Assembly (NCBI GenBank): GCA_043228905.1 | Contig: JBHGNT010000018.1 | Span: forward strand, 16,492,001-16,556,000 | Length of the DNA stretch: 64,000 nucleotides | DNA from: Azolla caroliniana | Taxonomy: Eukaryota; Plantae; Polypodiophyta | Reading direction: 5' to 3' | In this document: in pieces, positions 1 to 11,500 of the stretch | Layout: each line of letters opens with the position of its first letter | Position numbering within the stretch: position 1 is the stretch's first letter | Translations under genes and position numbers: made by a program | Notes under the pieces: model-generated | The model's database searches: none | Seen by the model: only the letters and a program-made list of their open reading frames with translations | Told to the model about the DNA's origin: nothing

Positions 1-1549
1 TTCATAACATGTATGACTATAGATTAGGTGGTTTACTGGCATGTTGCTTTTTAAATGATGTTCAGAAATGGTTAGAAAATTTGAGAGTAATTTACAGTTT
101 CATAACATTTTCTATCAGACCATAGATGGCATCTACCTGAAGACATGGCTGATCTCCTTCAATAGTTAATAGTACTGTGATGGATATGGTAGGTATGCCT
201 AACTGTGCTTAGGAGCAATAAAGGTTGCATGAATTTGTAAGGTATTCACGTGTTTCATGTCTTGAAATATGCCACAGGTTTTGCTTGTCAGATGATGATG
301 CAATGAAAAAAAAAGAAGATTTTGGGAGAAAATAGTAATGGATTGACTTTTTCCTGTAATACATTATCTTACTGGTGGGAAATCTCAGATGAGTTGGAAA
401 CACAAAATAGTTATTACAATGAAATGATCAGGTGTTCATTATATTTGTATTCAAATTAGGAACATTAAAAAAGTGGGCATTCATATGCTCCTCTACATCT
501 TTTGAGAAACTGGAAGAATGTAATTTCTGCCAATGAAAACCTGAATATCTGAGATATGTTGGAAGTAGGTTGACTGCAATTCAGTTGGGTGTGAGATAAT
601 CAGGAAAATGCCAATGCCAAGGATCTGGAGTATGTAACAAGATAGCCAGGATAAATTTCTCAAATATTGGGCAAGAAACTCTTATTGGAGCTAGTAAGTG
701 ATTTGTTATAACAAGGTGGCTGTTTGTGGACAAGTCCATATCAGATGAAGTACAATTCATAAACATGTCCACATCTCCTATGAGTGCCAATGGCAATCGG
801 ACAATATTATAGACACCTATAAAAGAAGACTTGTTCGTGTACTCTTTTGTATTGTTCATAGCCTTTGTTTACACCAAACCAAGTTTTTTGCAAGCTCCAA
901 ACAACATTGCAACATATGTCAATGCAGGGATCATGCTGTCATAACCATAAAGTTTTCTTGCTCAAAAAGTGAAAAAGAGTGCCAAAATTAGAGAAAAGAT
1001 GTCAATCCTCAAGTAATAGTGCCATAAGTGTTTAAGAGCCCTTTAATGGCGTGCCATATCAGCCTCTGATGCGTGCTAATCCTGACCACTTTTTTCTTCC
1101 AAATGAATTCATTAAAATGCAAGACGATCATGTGGCTATTACCTCTTGCATCTTTGTTACACATGGTGACATTACACTAGTTTTCTTGGTTCATAGATAT
1201 TTTCCTTCACAGTTTACTGCCTTTGAGAGACTGATTGTTTCAATTTGATATCTGAAGACTCTTTATTACTTTAGTGTCCTTGGGGCTGGAAGAGGTGGAA
1301 GAGCATGTGGATGATACCCAAGTTGCAGAAACACAAAAAGATGACAACTTATGATTAAAAGGAGAACATTGATATTCAGCTTTGTTGATCTATTTTTCTA
1401 AGTTTCTGGAAGTTAGCCTATAATCTAGAAATTTTTCTTATTATCATCTTGACTTGCCTATCTAGTTGTATTTGTTTGAATTAATTACACTTGTTTCATT
1501 TTTCTACTCAATACACATTTAGAACTCTTATATATTACCGATCACCCTC

Positions 1550-3029
1550 CTCAGAGACAATGTGCACATCTGCAGTTCCAAGAGCCACGGACTAAGCTAT
1601 GGTCATTTGATACACTTGTCACACCAACTCTTTTCTATGGAGTAGAAACACGGGGACCGAGTCTTAACAAGGCAAATCATTGGAAAGATTTAGAGAGACT
1701 TTTAGTGTCAATGATTGCTCGCATGATAAGGAGCAAAACATCGGTGCCCCACGATATAATCCGGGCAGAGATGGGAGCAGCACCTATAATAACCGAGGCA
1801 TTGTTCCGATTTGTGACATTTATCCAACGTCTTTGGGAGCTACCTAAACGAAGGTACCCAAGGTTGGCACTTATGTCATCAAGACAACTGCCTGAAAATG
1901 GAGACACTCATTGTTGGTATGCTGAAATGCAGCAATGGTCCGAGTCACATGGCATGAGTATAAATGCACTACCGCCGTTCCAATATAGCTTGGACTGTCC
2001 CCACCTAAATATGACCAAAGTGGAAAAGAATAGAGTGATCCGGACTGATATTATTAACTTGGAAAACAAGATAACATGGATCAGCCCCAAAATACCACTA
2101 GGTACAAAGATGGCCCACTATAAGACGCACTTCTTACATACATTGGTGGATGGATTTGTCATCATGCCACCTTATATGGACATACATCTATCCTATGCGC
2201 TGCGTAGTGTGATAGGGCAGCTAAGAACTTCATCACATCAGCTACAGATTGAGGTAGGCAGATATACACGACTACCTCTAGAAGAGAGAATTTGCCAATT
2301 GTGTCATCAAGAAGTGGAATCTGAGGAACACTATGTTTGTCATTGTAGTATCTTTTATGAAATCAGAGGGAGATACCATTGCCTCTTTAAACAAGGCTTC
2401 GGCCCACTACGCAAGGTAATGGAATATGAGGACCAACGATGCCTAGGACTTTTCTTGCTAGAGCTCAAGAGACATCGGGAAAAGTTGTTGAAGAATACAA
2501 CCACACAAGCTCATCCACAAAGAACAATCACAACTTTCTTTAGCCCCATCACTCCTACTAATCCTACAAGTCCATCACGGGGTACACAAATGGGTTCCAA
2601 ACCAGGACATAACAAAGGGGTTACAATTGATCGGGCAATAACAATTTGCCGTGCACGTAGGCCCCGCCCCCATGGACCACGACCTCGACACCCTTGTCAT
2701 CGATAGATAAAAACCATTATCTCCCGCCATCGTAGATGCTTCCCTCGCTTTGGAGACATTTCCATTCTGGATCGACCTATGCTAGAGATCTTTCGAAGAA
2801 AAAAGCTACAATATACCTAACTTGAGGATCTCACATGTGTCAAAAGCCCGATTCCCTCGTTTCTTCTCTTTTCATCTTATTTACTTTTATATTTTCTTTG
2901 TCGTATTTATTTTATTTTGATTTGTTCTCAAAGACGAGACAACACTCAAGATGTAATCTCTTATTTGGTCTTATAGGCCATTTTGGCCTCTTAAAAGACG
3001 TTAATATATCTTTCTTTCTTTCTTTCTTT
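1550..3029 (+). mobile_element. 5'-truncated non-LTR retrotransposon (RTE-X/CR1/L2-like), sense orientation within a TRN1 intron
   Basis: RT thumb motif KLWSFDTLVTPTLFYGVE is in frame with ORF 1705-2706. That ORF carries LRTSSHQLQIEVGRY...RICQLC...EEHYVCHC (C-terminal zinc-binding motif). The element ends in a (TTTC)n tail at ~3010-3029. No TSD seen. Confidence 0.8.
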
Positions 3030-3846
3030 AAGTTTGCTTTTCTGTTCCTGTTTTGAATTTTTTTTGTCATTGTGCAAGGTTTTGCTAAATTATTATCCTT
3101 ACCAAAAATATTTGGCGGGATGTTTCTCAAGAGATCTTTTAGGCAGATGCAATATTTTGTTAACATTCTGTTGAATCCAGTGACAATTCCATTCTACATT
3201 CATATTTCTGAGATGTAGGAATAGACAACTTCAAAACTAATATAATATGACAGACATTAATAGACTATAATGTACCTCACTTGGTCATTACTGTATGTTA
3301 TCTCTGATATAATATAATTGACATTAATAGACTATATATTCTGAAAATTTCCTCCCTAATCTTTAAAGTTAATATTCCACGATAAATGCTTAATTTAAGA
3401 ATCAGTTTGCCAGGGAAAAAAGAATGATATTTCTCCTCTCAAGGTATGTGAGGAGAAACTGTGAGTGCCTGTTTAGATTTAAAAAATAGAGAATGAGAAG
3501 ACGTACTGCTTCATCAGTACAAATTTCATGATTCTGAAATAGGAGAAATAGAAAAGGGCAAACGTGATTTCAAGTCTCTGAAACTGGTAAATGAACTGAA
3601 AAGCAAGACCTTCTAAATAGAATTGATTCATATACAGCATTTTATTCATGATTGAGCTAAGGTGCGTTTACAACACGTTAAGCTTTAATTAATACAAGGA
3701 CATAGAAGTTGATAAGTAGAGGACATCTTTGGGAAGCAATGAGGTGGAGTTCCTGTTGAGAAATTTACAGCCCAATTTATCACGGCATTCTCTTCAGAAT
3801 ATACCCTAAAACGATGATTCCAGAAAATTCAGACAGACTAGCATTT

Positions 3847-3983
3847 GACAGAAAAGACCAGAAAACTTATGGGAAGAAACAGAAGAATAAGAAAAAAATT
3901 TAATAATCTCAGTATCGCTTCCTGATGATTGATTTTTTCTTATTCTTCTGTGTATTCGCATAGTTTTTCCAGTCTTTTTTGTC
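3847..3983. repeat. Imperfect ~60-bp inverted repeat (hairpin) in TRN1 intron
   Basis: The left arm GACAGAAAAGACCAGAAAACTTATGGGAAGAAACAGAAGAATAAGAAAAAA matches the reverse complement of the right arm, GACAAAAAAGACTGGAAAAACTATGCGAATACACAGAAGAATAAGAAAAAA. Loop is ~15 nt. Confidence 0.85.
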
Positions 3984-4110
3984 TTGTAAGCCCAGCACGA
4001 TTAGACTGTAAGGATGATATGTACACTCTTCTGCCAGAATGTCATTTATCTTTTCATCCAAGAAGTATATGCTATAACTGAACAGGTATGAAACTGTTGA
4101 TGGTTTGCAG

Positions 4111-6365
4111 AGAAGAAACCTCAGAATTCTTTATGATGCTATTGGAACACTCGCTGATGCTGTTGGGCCAGAATTGAATGAGGTATAGAACGATTCTTAT
4201 GATTTTTGCAAATATAGTTACATTTATTACTTATCATTACTTTTTGAAATATTGCAGGCGAAGCATCTCAAAGTGTTAATGCCCCCACTAATTGACAAGT
4301 GGCAGCAGCTTAAAGATTCTGACAGAGATCTCTTCCCCTTATTGGAATGTTTTACATCCATAGCACAGGTGGGTCTTGAATTCTGATAGAGTTTAATTTT
4401 ATAGTTAAAATTGTATCAGATGAATTTCACGCTTAGTTGTTATTGATAAGTACATAATATGCATGTCAGGCATACTATCTAGTATCAGATGTTACTATAG
4501 CCTCTGGAAATTTTCATCATTTTTTCCAAAATCCCTTGCAGACTGAAAAATGTTCATGTTTGGTAGATGGCATATTTACAGGTTGTGTTCTATTTTGTAC
4601 CAGGCTCTTGGACCAGCCTTTGCACAGTATGCTGAACCTGTATTTGTGAGGTGTGTCAATCTTATCCAGGCACAAGAGATTGCTAAGGTATAAGCAAGTA
4701 AGGTTCATTTCATTAACGAGCTTTATAAAAATATAATGCCGTTAATTTGGAAACATGGTCACTGCAGGCTGATCCTGGAAGAGCTGGTGTAACATATGAT
4801 AAAGAGTTTATTGTTTGCTCCTTGGACCTCCTCTCTGGTTTAGCAGAAGGTCTTGGAAGTAGTATAGAGAGTCTGGTAAATCCAGTGGCATAGTTTCTCT
4901 GAAATTACCTGATTTGGTGGGTGCTCATCAGGTTTAATTTCAATAATTACAGGTTGCTCGAAGCAACTTAAGGGAATTGTTACTCCAATGCTGTAATGAT
5001 GAAGCTCCTGATGTTCGCCAGAGTGCACTTGCTCTTCTCGGTGACCTTGCAAAGGTACTCCGATTACCTGCTTGCACATAGAAACTTATTTCAGATTATG
5101 AGATTAGACAAGTACCTAAACCATTATTTTCACAATATTTCAGGCTTGTGCTGTGCATTTACAGCCACGATTGGCAGATTTTTTAACACTTGCAGTGAAA
5201 CAACTGGTAATATCCAATTTTGTATCTTGCATATTCCTACATATTTTGTGGTGCATAGTGTTGATGTCTTCCTACTTTGATTGAAAGCACAGCAGGCCCC
5301 AGGAGTAAAAGAACATGTTTCAGTTGCAAACAATGCTTGCTGGGCCATTGGAGAGATTGCAGTGAAGGTACAACCAGATTTCTTGATAAAATAATTGTAT
5401 ATAGATATCAATATGAAGCTGTCAATAAATAATCTCATTGGAAGTGCCAATCTCAAAATCCAGGTGCGGCAGGAAATAGCACCCATTGTTATGAATGTGA
5501 TAACTTTTCTTGTACCAATTCTGTCAAATACAGAGGTACTGGGCTATCAGGTTTTACAGTTATAATGGCGTCCTTTGTTACTGTTTGTATAATTGTCTTT
5601 ATGTCTTCTTATTGCAAATGTAGGTTCTCAACAAGTCCTTGTTAGAGAACAGTGCTATTACATTAGGTAGACTTGGGTGGGTCTGCCCGGAACAGGTAGC
5701 TCCACATTTGGAGCATTTTATACAACCATGGTGTAGGGCCTTGCGTCAGTAAGTACCCCTCCTCGATTAATGAATATTGTGAATTTTCTGCTACATGATA
5801 TGCAATGCTAAATATCACCATTTATTAATAATTGACACTATTAAAAGGATTCGTGATGATATTGAGAAGGAGGATGCATTTCGGGGGCTTTGTGCCATGG
5901 TAAGCAATAAATAGAAAAGAAAAGAAAGGTTTTATGGTCTCATGGCTGACTGGCCCTACCTATTTGTAGGTTAAACTGAACCCTACAGGTGCTATTAGTT
6001 CTTTTAATGTGATGTGTGAAGCAATTGGGAGCTGGCATGTGAGTAGGATGTTTGATTGTCCTAACAAAAAGAGTTCTATGTTTGTTCAAACATAGTTTTA
6101 TTTATATAAACGATATGATTTTTGTATAATATACAGGAAATACATAGTGTGGATCTGCAGAATGAGCTTTGTCATGTTCTCCATGGATATAAACAGGTAA
6201 TCTGGATTTTCAAAATCTTCTGAGGAAACTGAAGGTGAAGATGAAGGAAGTGTGTGGCTGATTGATAAAATATTCTTGCAGATGTTTGGGAATTCCTGGG
6301 AACAGTATGTGACAGCGATGGATCCTGTTTTACAAGAAAAGTTATCTATTAAGTATGGAGTATGA
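4111..6365 (+). CDS. TRN1: Transportin-1 (importin-beta family, HEAT repeats), C-terminal 13 coding exons; 5' exons lie upstream of the window
   Basis: Exons read by eye, each with an AG acceptor and, except the last, a GT donor: 4111-4182, 4258-4368, 4604-4687, 4768-4875, 4953-5054, 5144-5206, 5293-5367, 5464-5535, 5624-5748, 5848-5899, 5970-6038, 6137-6196, 6282-6365 (1077 nt, ends TGA). They splice in frame to [19 protein letters not shown]...[16 protein letters not shown]...[20 protein letters not shown]...[15 protein letters not shown]...[16 protein letters not shown]...[12 protein letters not shown]...[15 protein letters not shown]...KYGV*, which are hallmark plant transportin-1 motifs. 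Confidence 0.95.
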
Positions 6366-7604
6366 TGGATCCATTGAGTTTCTTCACAGCATGTGCTACT
6401 AATGTTGCTGTTTAGCGGCAAGGCTAATAGCAGTAGTATTTTATATCCCTTGCGAGAAATGAATGTATGGTAGTCCTCTTTAGGTCATTGATGCATTAAA
6501 AGGTTTGATGACCTGCTGCTACCAATGACAGTTCATCATTATTTAAAGGGTAAGGATAGCCTTGGATATTGATTCAAGGATTTAGCGACTAGAGCAGCGC
6601 ACGAAAATTCGTTCACTATGCAGGCAGCAACAGTGTTGAAGTTTGATCTTATCCGTATAGCAAGAATAAGTGTGGTCATTCTGATCAGATGGTGAATGGC
6701 TCATTGTCTTCCAGTGTTCTGCAACGTGTTAAAGCTAACAGATTCTACAGTTGGTGGTTAATACTCCATTTTTTAGATCAAAGAGCTTCAGCTTTAATGG
6801 TAAGGAACTTACTGCCAAGGCCCTGTCATAAAGATTTCTTGGGAAGATTTATCATTTTTGGTGCATTTTGAGGAGCTTTGCTGGAGAAGCTACTTATCCA
6901 CGAGGCGATAGCGTGTTAAGCTTGTAGGTAGTTGGCAATTACAGTTTAACAAGAGGTTATTCTGCATGAATCCAATGTCGAGTAGATAAATCAGTTGAGG
7001 GGTACAGCACGTGGAGCATTTCTCCCGTTTGTGCTGATGCATAGATAAGTGTGCTAAGGCAGAAATTAGAATTTGATTTGAAATAAAGCCCAATAGGTAG
7101 CTGATCATGTAGTCTAGGGTGGCTTCATTTTGTATTGTCCCCATTATTATTAGGTTTGGTGCAATAAATTTGTTGAGCTCCAACCTTCATTTTTTTGCAT
7201 AGGAAGAGGTCAGAGGATGTATAGCAATTTTTTACAGGTTTGAAACCTGTAAATCTTCTTGCCTTGTAATGATCTATGTCAGTAAAAGATTTCAGGCCAG
7301 GTTTTGGCACTTTTTTTTAACTGGATTGTATTTTTATATATTAACATCACTTTATTTTGCTTCCAACTTATGTTCGATTACCAAAACAGTTTGGTTATCT
7401 TTTTCTTAGTCTTTGTATGGTTTGATCACTTCTCTCAAATTTCATTCTCTATTTTCTCTTCACAAATTACATGGGGGAAATTGGCTATTCAAGCCCAACA
7501 CAACAAACATTCATTTGCTTTAATAAACTATATCATATTTTCACTGTTGCTCATAAATAAAAGGGCCACTTATGCTTACTCAAAAATTGCTATGTTTTGT
7601 TGCA

Positions 7605-7668
7605 AGAAAGAAAGAAAACATCCTTTTAATATGTCAAAATGGCCTATAAGACCAAACAAGAGATGTCT
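7605..7668 (-). mobile_element. 3'-terminal fragment of the RTE-X-like LINE family
   Basis: The reverse complement ATCTCTTGTTTGGTCTTATAGGCCATTTTG...TTAAAAG...TTTCTTTCTTTC matches the LINE 3' end at ~2956-3029. Confidence 0.75.
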
Positions 7669-7934
7669 TAAAATATTGTTGAAATTGGTATTGTTCTGTT
7701 TTAATTGGTATCATTGCCAATTTTATCATATTAGTTTCTCCATAGATCCCAATTAGAATATGAGGAAAATACATGATAATTCTATTGTCCAATACTTTCT
7801 TTTTAGAATTAAGGTAACTAACAATTTTTAGCCAACACAAGAATGAGAAGAGGCGGTCAAAATGTTCTTTCCCAAAGTTACACTGATTACGCCATTTAAA
7901 TTGCATCATTTCACATGAAGAATTATTGGTAAGG

Positions 7935-8531
7935 TGTGAACCTTTCCTTGCTACATTTCATATTGTCCATGTTTACAAGGCCTTTTTGAGAGAGGCTTGA
8001 AGACCGGATCCCCTCGTTTCCAGGAGATTTGGATGTTGATCGCAGGCTTCACCCTTTTGGTATGTGTGGAAAGCACATTGCCTAAAGCTCTTCTAAGATT
8101 TGGTACGCGCCTAGGAGGAATTGATCATGGATATTTGGTTCGTGATTATCAGCTGCCTAAGAGGGAAATTAGATGAGGTTTGCGGCCACTTCGACGACAC
8201 GGTCACTACCCTGATGGTGTCGCAAGGACGAAATGGCCCAAGGTGGAACTACCAACCCCCACGCTGGTTGTTTCCTACTCACCTCTCGCCCTCCCTCCGT
8301 TGAAGGCCAGAGGATCAGGCTGGTGTTGGCCGACAATGATTGCCACTAGTTTATAGCCCTATATACCTACTTACATTAAGTAAAAAGTAGGAGAGTATAT
8401 GTACGTAGTCTCATATTCTTGAATTTTATCGAGGGGTGATTCCTTGATTTATATATAAGCCATCTTGTATATCCTTTCTGTAAAAATCCCTCTTAACTAA
8501 TGGGAAAGTATCTCCTTTTTTGGAAAAAAAC
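7935..8531 (+). mobile_element. L1-clade LINE 3' fragment (L1a)
   Basis: The frameshifted translation WMLIAGFT/WYVWKAHC...IMDIWFVIISCLRGK...PRWNYQPPRWLFP matches the ORF2 C-terminus of the L1 at 44165-44848. It ends in TTTTTTGG plus A7. Confidence 0.7.
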
Positions 8532-8548
8532 AACTTTCCCGTTCAATG

Positions 8549-11500
8549 TTTTATTTTATTATTTATTTTCCAAAACAAACTCCTTCCATTAGTTATAAAA
8601 TTTTACAGATGAGAGTGTTATATACAAATCTTAGTAGGGACACGATAGTTCCATATTATGTGGATGCCCACTGACTCAAGAAAGGGGGAGGACGACCATT
8701 GTTGGATGAAGGCTAGTCATTGTCTTTCAACTCCATCGGAGCTGTCCTTGAGGCCATCGTATTGGCTCTTTAGAGTGGCTACAACTTCACTCCATATCTC
8801 TTGCATTAACATTATTAGATGCACGGTTTGGTTGGAGAAAACTCGTCTACACTGCTGTTTCTATAAAATCCAAAGAGTTATTGGGCTAACCAATTCTAAC
8901 ACAACTTGAGATTTGACATTAATAGGAGTTGAGTGGATACTATGGATGGTGGAAAAAAAAACTTCTTATGCTTATATCACCAAAGTCATCCCCTCCTAAT
9001 GTTCATACCTGTCAACTGGGGCCTGCCATGATAACCAACATACATTTCCCCACTTGATTGAGCCATGCACCTGGCATAATTGCAATAGGCGGCCAACCCC
9101 CCGTGATATTCGATGGGTTTTTGGGCAGTCCCACAGAGCGTGTTAGATTAATTCTGTTGCATTTGGGCAGGCTACACAGTTAGGAGAGCTAAGGTTCCCA
9201 CACTACCACACTCCAACTGGTAGTGACTTATGTATTAATAGCCATTGGAATGTGGTAATTTGCATAGCGTGTTGTTGTTTCCAGATTTGTTTCCAAAACT
9301 TGGTGATAATTGTATGAGGAACATGATATGTGTGCCAGACCTTTGTAGTGGCCGGCTCTCAGGCGGTTTGAGCGACTAGAATGCGGCGACCCAATCTAGT
9401 TGTGAATTGGAAGAAAGTGATGGCATTGCTTCCTTGACCCACATAAGGATTGCGCCACATCCATTGCAAAGGGTCCCAACTGACCTTACGTAGCCATGTG
9501 TTTTCATGAGCACATATGTGCCATTCTAATTGTACTTTAATCGGGTCGGGATCTACAATCCATTTATGACCAATATGTGCGAGTACTCAAATTGCCATAT
9601 TCAATGTTGGTATTTCTTTGTCTCGCGATTCATGTTCTTCAATCCTATCCAGTGTTTCCCTATCTCTTGAGAACAAAGAGCCCTCCTCCTCGTATCCTAT
9701 CCACTTCTCCATTGTTGTCCTTTGATTAGCAACTTCTCTAACCAATAGAGCGTTAATAATTTCAAATGTCACAGTCTATCTGCCCCTAATTCCATGAAGT
9801 ATGTTGGCTTGATCTTGTATTGGCAATGACATAAACCGTCTCCAACATTCTATACTCTTTCCTGGACCTTATGCAATGCATCCCCATAACAACCCCTAAC
9901 TTGATCCAATTAATTGACCATATTCATCTTTGATAGATGGGTTCCATAGGATGCGTTGACTGAGCCAGGTAGGTTTCAAATTAGGTTGATCACACTTGAG
10001 CCCTCGTCTTATGTCACAACATGCCTTCCACATGGATGTACTGAATCTATCATCCAATTGGCATGACAAACTTGGTTTGAGATCCATGTTTAGAATCCAT
10101 CCCATTTGGGGGGGCAATTGGCCCCTTTTCGTGGCCTAAAGTAAGCAAATTGTAACCGCAATAGCATTTTCTAGAAGTCATCCCCTGGTCGGTGTCCTCA
10201 CACCACAAATCTGGTGAATAGGGCTTTGGATTGTGAGAGGGGATCAATCAGACCCAACCCTCCTCTTGACTTAGGTGATGTGAGTATAGGCCACGCCACC
10301 TTGGCCCGAGCTGCATGATCTTCCTTACTAGACCAAATGTAGTTGCATACTAGTTGCTGAATTTGATGTATACTTTCCTTGGAGATTGTCCAACATGATA
10401 GGTTGTACCATGCTGTTGAGAATAATACCTTATTTGCCACTATGACGTGACTTGTTAACAAGAGTTTTTTCAAGCTCCAATGTATCAACTTTTGTTGAAT
10501 GGAGTGAATAACTGGCGCAATCATCGTCTCCAGTGGAATGTTGAATCCAATTTGGAAACCCAAATATTTGGTTCTCATTCCTTGATTGATCCACTTGAAA
10601 GTGGGATGTGGGTGTCATACAAGATGTGCTTCATGAGAAAGCCATATTGCATAGGACTTGTGCCAATTGATCATGGCGTTTGATCTCTTGCAAAACACGG
10701 TTAATCTACTTTCTAGCTTCTGTAGATTTTCCAAGTCCCCTTGCAAGTAGACAACGGTGTCATCTGCAAATTCTATATCCAGGGGGATTTGGTGAGAGTG
10801 CGGCACAGGAAGACCACGTAGGTTTAGATGTCGGGAGTTGAGAAAGCTAGAGAGTGCTTCGGAGTATAATAGAAATAAGGATGGAGCCAGTGGGCATCCC
10901 TATTGTACATATCGTGATATTCGGAAGAAGGGGCCCCTTTCACTTACTACTGAAACACAACAACTGTCATTCCTATATAGTCTTGCAATGCCTTTGATCC
11001 ATGACACTTGAAGCCGAGTTTCCCCATCACACTTCCAGTAGAAATTTCCAACATACCCTATCATATGCTTTCTCCAAATCTAGGAGCACCACAACTACCT
11101 TGTTGTTGGCACGCTCGGAAAGGGCTTCTGCTTCCTAGAATGAGAAAAGGTTGTCTAGGATGCTCCGATTTCTAACGAACCATGTCTTGGACGAATGAAT
11201 GAGTTGAGGGAAAAGTGGTGCTAAGTGGCATGCCACGATTTTTGCAGCAACTTATAGACAATATTGAGAAGAGTTATGGGCCGCCACTTACTAATGTCGT
11301 TGGCACTCCCACCAGTTTTAGGATTGAGATGTATCATCCCATGTCCAAATTCCTCCGGCATGTTTCCAACGGTGATGATCTCCTCATATGCATGTAGGGG
11401 TGAGGGATGCTCTCCTCATATGTCCAAACCCCCTGTCCAAATCGGACAGTGCCTCCCATATTTTGATGATTGATAGGGGACGTGTGAGCGATGTATTCAT

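Noticed and set aside
209-1248. Short ORFs in the first 1.3 kb
   Set aside because: No recognisable motifs; AT-rich intronic sequence.
4517-6421. Short ORFs overlapping TRN1 (e.g. 4996-5280, 5130-5486, 6098-6421)
   Set aside because: Off-frame or antisense shadows of the spliced gene.
6366-7300. snoRNA or second gene downstream of TRN1
   Set aside because: No convincing paired C/D boxes with a terminal stem and no exon chain; most likely 3' UTR or intergenic.
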